Origin: Eledone cirrhosa
Taxonomy: Eukaryota
Assembly: GCA_964016885.1 (NCBI GenBank)
Contig: OZ024740.1
Location: 379,936,001 to 380,000,000, forward strand
Length of the DNA stretch: 64,000 nt
Reading direction: 5' to 3'
A program made the position numbers and the translations under genes. A model generated the notes under the pieces. It ran no database searches. It saw only the letters and a program-made list of their open reading frames with translations, and had not been told where the DNA came from. Of the stretch, positions 14,137 through 26,950 are shown piece by piece (within the stretch, counting starts at the first letter, position 1; each line of letters opens with the position of its first letter).

Positions 14137-16098
14137 TACATTATACTGTATCTTAATACTGATCAGTCTGAATTATTTTTTATTTGAAAGCAAAGAAGGT
14201 GTTTCAGAAAAATTCACTTCTAAGTACAAATAGTGAGTCAAATAATAGATTATTTGACAACAATAACTGTTAAATAAACCCTTATCATTTCAACCTTAAA
14301 AGAATGAAAAGTACTGAGTTTCAAGCTAATTTTGTAAGACACTCCATAATTCTAAGTTCATATCTAATCAGAGTACAGTCAACTACTAACATTTCTTTGA
14401 TTAAGAGAAAGCATTGGTTGATAATTGTACTGATTATCACTGTGATTTTAATGGTGTGTAAATGAGAAGTCTCAAAGTTAATTAGATTATATCCTGATGC
14501 AAGAAAGCTTAGTACATTGATCATTCATACTTTAATGCTAGTGTGATAGTCTCAAAGAAAATAAATATCCTCATCTCAGCTTAACTGACAAGAAAATAGA
14601 TACAACTGTTGGGATAATTTAATCTATAATAGACTAGTATTTCTCTAGCAGGCCATCTATCTCTCAACTGTTTAATGATAAAGGAAATAGAGATAAGAAA
14701 TTCACCTTTGAAGTTTATATAAACTGTAATAATAAATGAAACCCACTAGTTCCATCTTATCTCTTAATTGTACAATTTGGCCAGATAATAAGAAATGTTA
14801 GCTAGGTTTTTAGGCGAGGATTACATCTTACTTGTAACAGATAAACTGCTAGTCATGTAAATGGAGTCTTCACTTACATGGTGTCATATTTCTAAATGGA
14901 GTGAAATACATGATAATTGAACTATGACACCATTGTAAGGATGTGAATAATTAAAAGACAGTATTTTACGTTCTAGTGGTGAAAGATTAAACATGAGGTA
15001 CTTTACAAACAGATGTAATACAAAAGTGAAATATTTGAATGACAGACACGATTTCATATTCCTTTGGAAGTCTTTTGTCGTATCTCTGATAAAGAAATTT
15101 CTATTGCTTTCTTTTACATTGGTGGTACTACATTACTTAGGCAAAGTATTTTATACATTTATAAAGAGGAACTTTTTCTCATCTCGTCACTTAGTATTGG
15201 CCTTGAGAGTCCTTTGCACAATGATATGCAATTATTTAAATGTATTCCTATTTCAAATTATAAAGTAAAATGTTTTATTATTATTTTTAAAACATTAGTT
15301 GATTTTGATTTCAAAGCTCATATCAATATTGATTTTAAAACTTATATACTGCATACTAAGTTTTAAACATATTTTGGGGTAGTGGGGTGCTATGTGAAAA
15401 ATACAGGAGATCTATTAGTCATATTTACTACAACTAGTTCTGGAGCAAAGGAGTAGTACCCATTACCCTTTTAGATACAGCTAGGATTTAACTTCGTATT
15501 CATATAGTTTCTAACTAATCAGGCTAGAAGAAGGGTGGGTTGGGCTTGTGGCCCAGTTGGCAAGGACTAACGATTTTGAGGGGACCTATTCACTTCATGT
15601 TTCAAGTTCTCTTATTATGAATGTATTACTAGCTTTGCACAGGCATGATTACAGGAAAGCATTATTGATTTCAAAAGTTTGACAGGAATTGAACTCAGAA
15701 TCTTAAACTACTAAACAACACGACTATATATATATCATGATGATGATGATGATGATATCATCATATTATATTATATATATATTGTATTATATATACATAT
15801 ATTATATAATACATATATTATATAATATATTATTTTATATTGTATTATATAAAGCATATATTACATAATATATCATATTGTATTATATAATATATATATT
15901 ATTTAATATATTATATTATATTATATACTATATATATTATATTGTATTATATAATATATATATATTATATAATATATTATATTATATATTGTATTATATA
16001 ATATATATATATATATTATATTGTATTATATAATATATATATTATATTATATTGTATTATATATGTATGTATATATATATACATACATACATACATAC

Positions 16099-16152
<54 letters not shown>

Positions 16153-16179
16153 TCATTTTTTTACATCCATTTCTCCACA

Positions 16180-16256
16180 TTAGAGAATGTTCAAGTCTGA
16201 AACTAGTTGTTGAAACGACAAGATCTCTGCCATCCACCGGGGTCCTGACTCTTATA
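16180..16256 (-). mobile_element. Helitron-like mini-element 5' module (family also at 17793, 50045, 59622, 60641, 60833)
   Basis: CTAGTTGTTGAAACGACAAGATCTCTGCC...GGGTCCTGACTCTTATATA resembles 59775-59826 and the reverse of 60838-60879. Confidence 0.55.
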
Positions 16257-16291
16257 TATATATATATATATATATATATACTATATATGCC

Positions 16292-16345
<54 letters not shown>

Positions 16346-17440
16346 ATTATCTTATCTTATAAGTGATGGGAATATAAACAGTGTTTCCAGCTGCATACAT
16401 GTATACACATGCACATACACATTAACAGATACATCTCCCCCCCCCCCACACACATATATATATATATGTAATAAGTAGTTGTACAAACAGTCATGGGCTC
16501 AGTGGATTGCACTCATACACTCAATTGGATCAATCTGCACACACACTTCATTGCCTATTCAAACAGTTGTATTTATATGTACTCAGATAGAAGAATGTCA
16601 CCATCTACACACAAAAACACTTACAAACATGTCCAGATAAAGATAAGCACATAAATAAAGATACTTTAGTACATACATACATACATTTTGTGAAATAAAC
16701 ATACATACATACATATATATATACATACATTTTGTGAAATAAACATACATACATACATATACATACTCACACATGCACATACATATATACCTATGTACAC
16801 ACACACACACATTAATTCACACATATTTTTATATATACCCACTTCAGGAAGAGTGTATATACCAGTCTGTACATGTATATACAGCAATCAATTTTCCATA
16901 GACATATACATACAATGGCTCACTCCATCCCTCATTGTGTAAGTGTGTGTGTGTGTATATCATTTTATAGTAGTGTTTGATATATCAAGCTTTTACAGCT
17001 TAACCATTCAATGAAGCTGAAAGAAGATTCTAATTAATTTTCATGTATTATTTACCCTCTGCACTAGCAGAGTCAAGATTCCTGTTTGTTCTGAAGGTGA
17101 GATCAATGCTCTATAATTATAGCAAATGAGCTTTTATGAATCACCACCAAAGGCTTTGGTTTGAATGACCTGTCCTGAATGAAACGTTATGGTTGATCAG
17201 AATATGTCAGAATGATGTATATGTAAGTAAATGAAATATAATACAGATACACATACATGGTGAGTGTAAGTGATATGTTGTTATTGAACAGAGTATATGA
17301 CCCAGGTTCACTCCTCCATTTTCTTTACTCTGCAAATGGCTTTGGGAAAGTTCTAAACATAACAACTCCCATGACATCATTCCTTTGTATTCAATAGAAT
17401 ATTGGATATCTGCTCTAAAAAGTCAAAGCCAAGCAGTATA

Positions 17441-17471
<31 letters not shown>

Positions 17472-17472
<1 letters not shown>

Positions 17473-17748
17473 AGTAGTAACACGACAGTTAGTTCACCAT
17501 ATCAAGAACAAATGTTTCACCTTAAGCAGATCTTCAGCTCGAAATAAGTCTGGCTATATGGATGCGTATTCATACGGTTGTTTTTCCTTTTCCGTACAGC
17601 CAAACTTAGTCCGAGCTGAAGATCCGCATAAGGTGAAACATTTGTTCTCGGTATGGTGAACTAACTGTCATGTTACTACTTCTACCAAACTCATCCCATG
17701 GACTGAGTGTTCTACTACTACGGATATAACCCTCCAGTGTTCCACCTT
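17472..17748 (+). mobile_element. Fold-back element in (TA)n with hammerhead-like motif; probable Penelope-like pseudo-LTR remnant
   Basis: ~90-bp imperfect inverted arms (17472-17562, 17591-17681) plus a unique tail; (TA)n on both sides; CTGAAGA...GAAAC core in each arm. Confidence 0.7.
17611..17651 (+). ncRNA. Minimal type-I hammerhead ribozyme-like motif (inverted copy on minus strand at 17502-17542)
   Basis: CCGAG-CTGAAGA-TCC gcataa GGT-GAAACA tt TGT-T-CTCGG: helix I CCGAG/CTCGG, conserved core, short helix II, helix III ACA/TGT, GUU site. Confidence 0.6.
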
Positions 17749-17974
17749 TATATATAAATATATATATATATACACACACACACATATATATTATAAAGAG
17801 TTGGGACATGATGGATGGGCTCTTGCGATTTCAACAGCAAGAGCTCAGTCCTCGGGTCCAAACTCTATTATATAGCCATACTCTACTACCCCAAGTATTG
17901 AGTATTCTGTTGAGTAATGATCTAACTAGTTTTAAATTGGTTCTATCCTGATCACACACACACACACACACAAT

Positions 17975-18500
17975 CCTGGGCCTGCTGCCAGGACACGCCC
18001 ATGTCAGCCTGATCTTCCTCCACAGATCTCAATCAGCTCAAACCAGGTATCCCATCCTTTCTTTACTTTTCTTCTGGCTTCCATTTGAATGAGGCCCTCA
18101 CTGGTCCTTTCGTGAACATGCATAGCAAATGGTGGAGCATCTTTTGCCATCATATAGAGAAGGTAACCCATTGCTCAATAGGGCCTTTCCATGATCTCAT
18201 TTGTGGATTGATCATGCCAAGAAATCCTACGTATGGTCCTCAGGTAGTGTCTATGAAACACATCAGCAGTTCAGTAGATTCTATAGGTCTTTTCTATGTC
18301 TTTGGCACAACAATTGATGTGTACAAGTAAAGATTTGTGCCTTGGCTAATGGAAAAGTTGGACCATGCAGGCATCAGACACTGAAACAACTGCAACTTTG
18401 CTGAGTATATTTTCCACATCAGTTCTTGAGTTGCCCAGTTATGCAAAGGCATCAACAGTTTCCAGAATCTGGCCTTTCAGTTCGACTGTTTACTGTCATG
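17975..18500 (-). mobile_element. Degenerate LINE (RTE-like) reverse transcriptase C-terminal fragment
   Basis: Minus frames give LKGQILETVDAFA*LG (RT 'YLG' motif with a stop) and FKWKPEEK*RKDGIP (resembles the W.P.G.R..GRP pattern). Confidence 0.55.
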
Positions 18501-19839
18501 CCTCCCCAATAAGCTTGTATTAATGAGTGACGCTTCAGCTTCAAATAATGATTAAACTATATTACATATGTTCAGTACTTTAACCTCCATTTTTCTATGT
18601 ATGTGATGTTGGATCAGTTGCTTTTTAAAACTGAAGGCTTTATTTATGGCTAACTATTATTGTAAAATAGGAGTGGAACCTGTTTATCAGTCAAGAAGCA
18701 AGCAAAGTTATGTGCTTTGATGAGGGGTACTTGAAAACTAGCATAGGATTTTAACATCTGATTACAAAGGTGCCTAACAATAGCTGGTCATATAAAAAGC
18801 AATATGTTATATTTAAATTGATTTTCAGCATTGGTTTGGACTTGATTCTTCCTCTAGCTCTCTCTCTCCCATTTCCGCTCTTTCTCTCTCACTTTCTCTC
18901 TGGAAAAATTAGCTCTGTTCAGACCTGAAGATGTTACAGGTCCATATATATGTCATTCATATGAGATTATGGTTGAGATTTTAATTTAGTTATGGATACT
19001 TTAGTATGGGCAGTATTAGTCAGGCTGTTATAATAAAAGTATTTTTATTGAGCTCTCTCATTAATCACTATGATACAAATGTATTTTCAGTATAAAGACA
19101 TATTAATCCATTTAATGTTGTGTGAGTGTGAGTGTGTGTGAGTGTGCATATATAAGCAATGGCAGCTGTGAACTATAAAAAAGCCAGTGTTCCCTTGACT
19201 GCTTAGGTTTTAAGATCATTCAACAGATATGTCATTGAAGCATGATAATGTCAACCAACAATATAGATGCCAATAAATATAAATATTTAAAAATCAAGGA
19301 AAACAGTAATTAGGTTAATAATAACTAGCAACTGAAGGTGTAATGATACAATGCTAATGAATATAATGATAGTAACAAAAGATGAAATATTATAGAACAA
19401 GTTATAGCATAGATCTAACCAAAATATTATAAAATGAGGTACGTCTTAATCTATAAAATGAATGTAATAACTTAAAATGAAAACAACAAGTGTTTTTATA
19501 TAGTGCAGTTTTTATATAATGTGTTAATTGAATTCCTTAATTACGCAAGTTTCAAAGAGATGTGGGTAATTGTACCAAACAGGTTTTAAGGGCATTTTCT
19601 GTTTAAGAAGAGAGAAGCCTTGCAAATCTCCCGCCTAGCTTGATACTCAACGATTTGATGATTTCCTGGTGATCAACTATTTTAGATGCCTCTTACAACA
19701 TACAAAAATACAGTATGCCTATTCTCAATCAGATACATATACCAAGGAACTTAAATCAAATCTGGTATTTTAACAGTATTTATTTTAGAAGGGAAATGAG
19801 AACATTTAATTCAAAGTATAACTAAATATTTTAAGTTGT

Positions 19840-20068
19840 TGTTTAACCTCAGGTTAACCCTAATCAAATAGACCCATGATAAATGGCATTCCAGCCACGA
19901 CCTTCTCCCTTTTCTCTGACATAATACATGTAGGTTCTTCAAAAGGTGTGCAGGATAATGTTATCCAATGTATCTTTCTTTAAGATTATAGTGTTTGATT
20001 TAAAGGAAATTCCACTGCTATTTCTAGTAAGCCGAGTGGCTATATAAAGACTCTTTCATTAGCTCACT
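19840..20068 (-). mobile_element. SINE-like repeat fragment (related copies at 21675-21860 minus and 28920-29130 plus)
   Basis: Shared GTTTAA.C.CAGGT.AACCCT, CATTCCAG and CTGCTATTTCTAG...CATTAGCTCA blocks among three loci. Confidence 0.55.
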
Positions 20069-20497
20069 GTCAAGTTCTCTGACCAGTCTAAGGAGACTGA
20101 CATACACATACACAGTAAGATATTTAGCCTGGTGTACTATTTTATCTTCCCAATCCCTGCCATGAGGAAATAACAATAATGATGATAATCAATTTCTTAC
20201 ACAGGCTAAGACTACAAATGTCTTTGGATTTTTTTTTTTATTGGGGAAGGAATAGTCGATTATATGAACTCCTTAGTACTTTAGTTAGGATGAAAGAATG
20301 AATAGTAAAATTTATCTTAGCAAGATTTCAACTTAAATTGTAAAAAGATTGTTGCGTTGATTCAATAAACATTGAAATCAAGATAACAGAGTTACATTGA
20401 ACTGTCATCATCTAGTCAACAAGAACATTTCATAAAGATTTTAAGAGCTGAGAAGCCTTATTGTTAAATCTCAAAACATGGATGTGTTATAATAAAC

Positions 20498-20760
20498 ATC
20501 ATCATCATCATCATCACCGTTTTACGTCCGTTCTTCCACGCTAGCATGGGTTAGACGGGTTGTCCTGTTGTGGGCAGTGTCTGGTCGGCTGACCATGCCT
20601 TGCTCATACAGGAACTGATCTGGCTTGATTTCTACAGCTGGATGCCCTTCCTAACACCAACCTCATTTACAGTGAGTGCTGGGTGCTTTTTCGTGGCGCC
20701 TACACGTCCACTTTACAGTGTGGGCTGGGTGCTTTTTTGCCGTGGCACCTCCACGACCAC
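20498..20760 (-). mobile_element. SINE/LINE-tail repeat ending in (GAT)n (related copies at 23500-23600 plus and 27755-27960 minus)
   Basis: (CAT)n then CGTCCG.TCTTCCACGCTAGCATGGGTT and TTTCTACAGCTGGATGCCCTTCCTAACACCAACC, recurring at three loci. Confidence 0.6.
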
Positions 20761-21400
20761 CTTATGGTAACAAATCTTAGAGAATGATCTATATTTCTAA
20801 AACAATATAACACCTATATAAGATTTGCACTTTAGGCACAAGGCTTAAATATTGACAGGAAGAGGAAATTTCATTAAATTGATACCAGTAATTGATGTAC
20901 ATTATTTTATGAACCTCAGAAGATTGAAAGACAAAGTGTACCCCAGCAGGATTTGAACTCATAACATAAGGCAGTAACCATATGCCACAAAGCATTTTTT
21001 CTGGTTTGTTATCAATCCACCACCATTACAACTTATGTCATAACAACAACAATAATAATCAGTTGGCTTTGAACTTTGAAATGTAGTCATCCCAGTGCAA
21101 AGGGACATAATAATTGATAAATAATATCTATTTACAGTGGCTGTCTATCATTGGATCAACTACATTTCAAATAATTATTATTTCTAGCACAGGGAAAAAG
21201 AAGGGCTTAGACAATTTTATTGACCCAGTACTTGCATAATAAATCAATCATAGTAAAAGATAAGAACTTCAGAATGATAAACCTAAATATTATGGGGTCT
21301 ACTATTTCAGAAACTCCATCCATGAACTCTCTAAAATTTAAAAAAAAAAATGATTTCTAATTTAAGTACAAGGCCAGGAACTTTTATTATTATTATTTTT

Positions 21401-21512
21401 GAGTTCAAATCCCGCCGAGGTTAACTTTGCCTTTCATCCTTACGGGGGTTGATAAAATAAAGTACCAGTAATGCACTGGATAATTGCTGGCCTTGTGCCA
21501 AAAGTAAAAACA
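21401..21512 (+). mobile_element. tRNA-derived SINE with Deu/Nin-like central domain, 5'-truncated
   Basis: B-box GAGTTCAAATCC followed by GCCGAGGTTAACTTTGCCTTTCATCCTTACGGGG.TGATAAAATAAAGTACCAG; many homologous copies in the window. Confidence 0.85.
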
Positions 21513-22285
21513 TTTTTTTTTTGGGGGGGGGGGGGGTATATGAAGCCCAGTACTTAAATTTGTACTTTATTTTAACTCCAGTAGTATGAAAGTCAAATCT
21601 GACCTTGGTAGAGTTCTGGAATCTTCTTTGGTTATATCTTTAGTGTACATGTGGTGGGTTTAGTTGTTGTCATTGATGTTTAAACCCAAGTCAACTCTGA
21701 GTGCACAGACCTATTCCAGTTTTGTATCCATTTAACCGTGTCTACTATATTATTTAATATGCCATTCCTTCGTGTAAGATAGTAGGGAATAATATGAGAA
21801 AGATTTGGCTGCTATTTCTAGCCAAATGAGTAACAGTTATAGAAGTTCCCTCACTGGCTCATTGTGTAGTAAATACTAGCATTTGGAAATAATATTTATT
21901 GTTTCCTTATGCCTATGTTTCAAATATTAGTGTGTGTGTGTGTGTGTGTGCGTGCGCGCATAGAGATTAGTCCAGGGTTTGTGATTCCTGTCATACTGTT
22001 TTCCTTGTAGCACAACCTTCATGTTTCAGCTTAGGCTGAAAAGAAGGAATAAACTAATAACTCTTTATGGGCAAAGGGTAGAGCTTCCATTATTTGTCAC
22101 TTAGTAGTAGTCAGTGATAGCAGGAATACAATTTTAAGTTTGGCTATCTTTGCTTTTCATAACAACGTCATGCAATAAATATCACATTGAAGATTTGTTT
22201 TATAAAAGGTAATTTGATTACTTATAAGGAAAATGAATCTGCCAATAAATAAATAAGTAGCAGAAGCTGAAGACTTTGGGTTGTC

Positions 22286-22672
22286 ATTGGCAGTATCGGT
22301 AGATGGTCGGATGCCATGCTTTGACGCATAGAGTTACAGCCCTTTTCCATTCTGAGTTCAAATCCTGCCGAGGTTAACTTTGCCTTTCATCCTTATGGGG
22401 TCGATAAAATAAAGTACCAGTAATACACTGGTATAATTGCTGGCCTTGTGCCAAAAGTATAAACAATTATTTCAGGATTTTGTCACTACACTTTGATCGT
22501 TGCCAAAAGGCTGAGAAATGTTCTGATTTCAAATCCTGCTGAGGTTAGCTTTGCCTTTCATCCTTATGGGTTCAATAAAATAATGTACAAGTAAAGCACT
22601 GAGGTCGATTTAATTGACTTTCCTCTCCCATCAAAAATTGTTGGCCTTCTGCCTGAATCAGAAACCATTATT
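22286..22672 (+). mobile_element. Two adjacent Deu/Nin-like SINE copies (22286-22471 near full length; 22526-22672 truncated, long-tail variant)
   Basis: A-box TGGCAGTATCGG, B-box GAGTTCAAATCC, and the same central domain twice. Confidence 0.85.
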
Positions 22673-23411
22673 TCTGGATTTCATTTCAATTTTACTCCCT
22701 TAAAATAGGTTCCAGCAATAAATGTACAATAAAAATATAGGACATAAATTTCCCAAGCTATAGTGAAACTATTAGTAATGCATGCAGATATCTTAGATTA
22801 TAGATCACCCAATGCTATTGAACTGATTACCATAAAGTTACTCACCAACATACACTAGCCTCTCATCTATGGCTATGCTGTTTCCACTATCACTGCTTCT
22901 CAGAGCTAGCCTTTCCTCTCTCACACACGACCCCATTTAAATCCCTTGTCTCTTATTCTCTCATTACCATATGATGTTCCTTACTAGGCCCCACACTAAC
23001 CACTTGGCCATAACATATATTCCAGAGCTCTCATCCGAGTGAACATTTCATACACAGAATCAACAGCCTTTGTAAAAATAAACTTTACAGTGATTTCAAA
23101 AGATTATTTGATAAGTTCATCAATACTAAAACATGGATACACAAATATATATCTATATAAATTAATTGCATCTTACTAACCAGTAATAGCTACTTTACAT
23201 TTGTCATTTTGGTTCCTATTGCTTTCCAGACATTGCTCTTGTTTTTGGCACTAAATCAACTTGCTTTAACTTAGTTGCCTGTCTACTCACAAGTTTCTTG
23301 TAATTCGGAGCTTACCAATACACATTTAAATTAAAATGTACTCTAGGTATACATCTGTTACAAAGCATTGTTCATCACTACACCCTCTCTCCACCCCACG
23401 TGTGTGTGTGT

Positions 23412-23483
<72 letters not shown>

Positions 23484-23601
23484 ATATCCCTGTGAAGCAA
23501 CTAAAATGGTTGGAGTCAGGAAGGGTGTCTGGTTGGAAAATATTGTTCCAAAACATCCCATTCAATCCATGCCAGCATGGAGAACTGGATATAAGAATAA
23601 T

Positions 23602-23650
<49 letters not shown>

Positions 23651-24040
23651 GCACACACACACACACACATATATACATACATATATATATATATATAACA
23701 CTTGTCTACATATTAATGTCTGTATATATTTAGGCATATACCTATCTACATATCAGTGTTCAGTATTGTTCAAGCAATTTCATAAACAAAGATTATTATA
23801 AGTAGCAGTTTGTGTTTGAAAATAGACCAACATGAACCTTTTGCTACCAAATTGAAACATGTTTTTATAAGGATTGGTTCTAATATACTAAGTTAATGAT
23901 TTAATATGATATTAAATAGGACTCTTACCTTTAGGGTAAATATGTTGAAGTAGTATATAGTCTAAATTAAAATATAGGGAAACATGTAAACCTCAAAAGT
24001 AACATAATCTACTACTTATCTGTCATACTTGATCCTGTTT

Positions 24041-24750
24041 GTGTGTACTCTAGTCCTACAGCTATCAAAACAGACAGTGGCACATGGACATCTGTGTATT
24101 CTAGTCCTACACTATCAAAATAGCTGTCCATATGCCACTGTGTGTGTACTCTAGTCCTACAGCTATCAACATAGCTGTCCATGTACCACTGTGTGTGTAC
24201 TCTAATCCTGCAGCTATCAACACAGCTGTCCATATGCCACTGTGTGTACTCTTATCCTGCAGCTATCAACACATCTGTCCATATGCCACTGCCTGTGTAC
24301 TCTAGTCCTACAGCTATCAACGCAGCTATTCATATGCCACTGTGTGTACTCTAATCCTGCAGCTATCAACACAGCTGTCCATGTGCCATTATGTGTAAAT
24401 CCTGCCAAGGTTAACTTGGCCTTTCATTCTTACAGGGTTGATAAAATAAAGCACCAGTAATGCACTGGGGTATTGCTGGCATTGTACCAAGAGTAGAAAC
24501 ACTTATGTGTACTCCTACATCTATCTACATATCTGTTCATGTGCCAGTCTTTGTACTATTGTCATACAGCTATCAACACAGTTGTCCATGTGCCACTGTG
24601 TACTCTAGTCCTATATCTATCCACACTGCTGACCATGAACCCCTATCTTTGTACTCTAGTCCTACAGCCCTCCACACAGCTGACCATGTGCCAATGTCTG
24701 TGTACTCTAGTTCTGCATCTATATCCACAGTTATCCATGTGCCATTGTCT
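24041..24750. repeat. ~50-bp minisatellite (about 7 units before and 4-5 degenerate units after a SINE insertion)
   Basis: Unit GTGTGTACTCTAGTCCTACAGCTATCAACACAGCTGTCCATATGCCACT repeated in tandem. Confidence 0.9.
24398..24502 (+). mobile_element. 5'-truncated Deu/Nin-like SINE inserted in the minisatellite, with 9-bp TSD
   Basis: TTATGTGTA at 24389-24397 and 24503-24511 flanks the SINE body. Confidence 0.85.
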
Positions 24751-26305
24751 ATGTTTAATTCAATCATTCAACTGTCTACATACAGCAGTCATATATGTTT
24801 CCACACACGAGCATGTTTACTGTATTCATTTATCCATTTACACATGTGCAAATGTCTTTACTTCAGTTATGTATCTATACCCACCAAGATATCTTTATAC
24901 TCCAGTCACATCTGTCCACACACCAATGTATCTTTGTACTTCACTTTTTACTCTACCTACATCTATATTTATGTTTTACTCGGATCCTTTTTTTTATTTT
25001 TATGTGATCTTCCTGTAAATTCCTCTATAGTTCCAATCCCTGTGTATGTACAGAAACTTGTACATAGCTCAATTTTTATTTGCAATCATATGCTACTGAT
25101 GTAGCAAAGGAACCAGATATAGATATAAAAACGAATTAAACTCACACATATGACCAATGCTACTTTATATCAATGTGGGGGTGGGGGTCGCAACTAACAA
25201 AGTGATGAAATAAAAATAGATGACAAAACACAAAGGCTATTTCCTTTAGTTTCAGCCATGTAGAATTATGGAATAAACTAACACCCAATGAATGTTACAG
25301 ATGCATCATTCTTCAATGTTTTCGAGTTGTAGATTAATAGAATAATGTAGAACTAGAGATCTGTAGGGCAGCTTTAACCAGTTCTCTTGCCAGTTAAGTG
25401 AATTGAGCTTCAATGTACAGTATTGACCTTACCACTCTGAAGGCCAAATAAAGGTCATGAGTTTTGTCTCTTCTTTAATTAAATTGAACAAAACAATAGA
25501 AATGGTTGTGTAGACCAACTCATAGCTAAGTCAAAATGTTATTACGAGTAAGAAGGTGGTAGAAACAGCAAAGTTCTGGAGTGAAGGCCATATGTTCTGA
25601 ATTCAAATGCTCTAAGGGTCGACTGTCTTTCACAACTTCAAGGTCGATAAAACAAATAACAGGTATCTATTGAAGTTATTTCAATCACCCATTCATTTCC
25701 CACAAGAATTTCCACCAGAATTGCTTTGTAACTATTGTTTCAATTATTATTATAGATCAAGGTCATATGAGACAAAACAAATACTAGCAAGCTAGATAAG
25801 ATGTCTGATATATTTTAATTCCTTGCTTCATTCCCAACAGCAACTGTTCCAAGGGAATTCAATTTTGGCCTTTCATTTCTCTGAGGGAAGAAACAGCCGA
25901 CAACAACGACAACAATGACGAGAGCAACAACAACAGCAACAAACAAATAGAAAGAAAGACCGTACTAATGATATACTGGAAATAATTTAACTTTAACGAT
26001 GATATAAATTCCCACATACAAAATTCACTTTACATATGTAGTCAAAGAAAATTACAAAAATGTATTTTAATCAACTATACACATGCATATATTAAAGCTT
26101 AATTAGGTTGCTAAGTTATTGAAAAAATAAATAAACATATCAATATGTAATGAATATATGTTTAGAAATAAATTGTATTTTGCTATTTTTTTTTGTTTAA
26201 AAGGTAAACAAAAAACAATAAAAGTAACAAACAATTTTATTTCCTTGGGAGAGATAATGTAAACGGACACCAGAGTGAGAGTAAAAGAGAGAAAGAGAGG
26301 GGGAC

Positions 26306-26393
<88 letters not shown>

Positions 26394-26802
26394 AGAGAGA
26401 GAAATTATTTGTTTATTTGTTTTTAAGATTTTTAAATCATTGACTACAGGAAGCAATTAAGTAATCTCTCCTTCCTCTCCCTTCCCACCTCAACATCACA
26501 CTGTCAACAGCGAAAAAAAAAGTCTTTGAGTACAAACAGAATGACTGACAGTATAGTTATAGCTACTGAGTTGAAATTAAACACAAGGTTAATCAGTCCT
26601 ATTTCACAAAGCAGGAAAGTGAAAATAAAAGGATAAATAGAAAAACAATTAGTTAAGATGATCATGATGATTTCTTGTTGTTGGCACAATTCTAGAAATT
26701 GGGTGTTGTGGAGGGAGAATCAAAAACCTAGGCGGAATCTGAGATAAAGTTGATACTGGTGGGATTCGAACTAAGATTTAAAAAAAAATAAAATTGAATA
26801 CT

Positions 26803-26950
26803 CAGTGCCGGATTTATGACAAATGAGGCCCTATGCTCGTTACGTTATGAGGCCCCCTACTTGGGCCCTTGAAAGAGGTAAACATTCTTTTGGCTGGAAG
26901 GTGGTCTCCCCCGACCAACGGGGCCCTGAGCACAATGGTAAATCCGGCAC
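26803..26950 (+). mobile_element. hAT-type MITE
   Basis: TIRs GTGCCGGATTTA / TAAATCCGGCAC; interior homologous to the reverse of 61458-61614. Confidence 0.75.

Noticed and set aside
24041-25104. CRISPR-like array or 214-aa ORF
   Set aside because: Whole units repeat without spacers; the ORFs derive from the minisatellite and SINE
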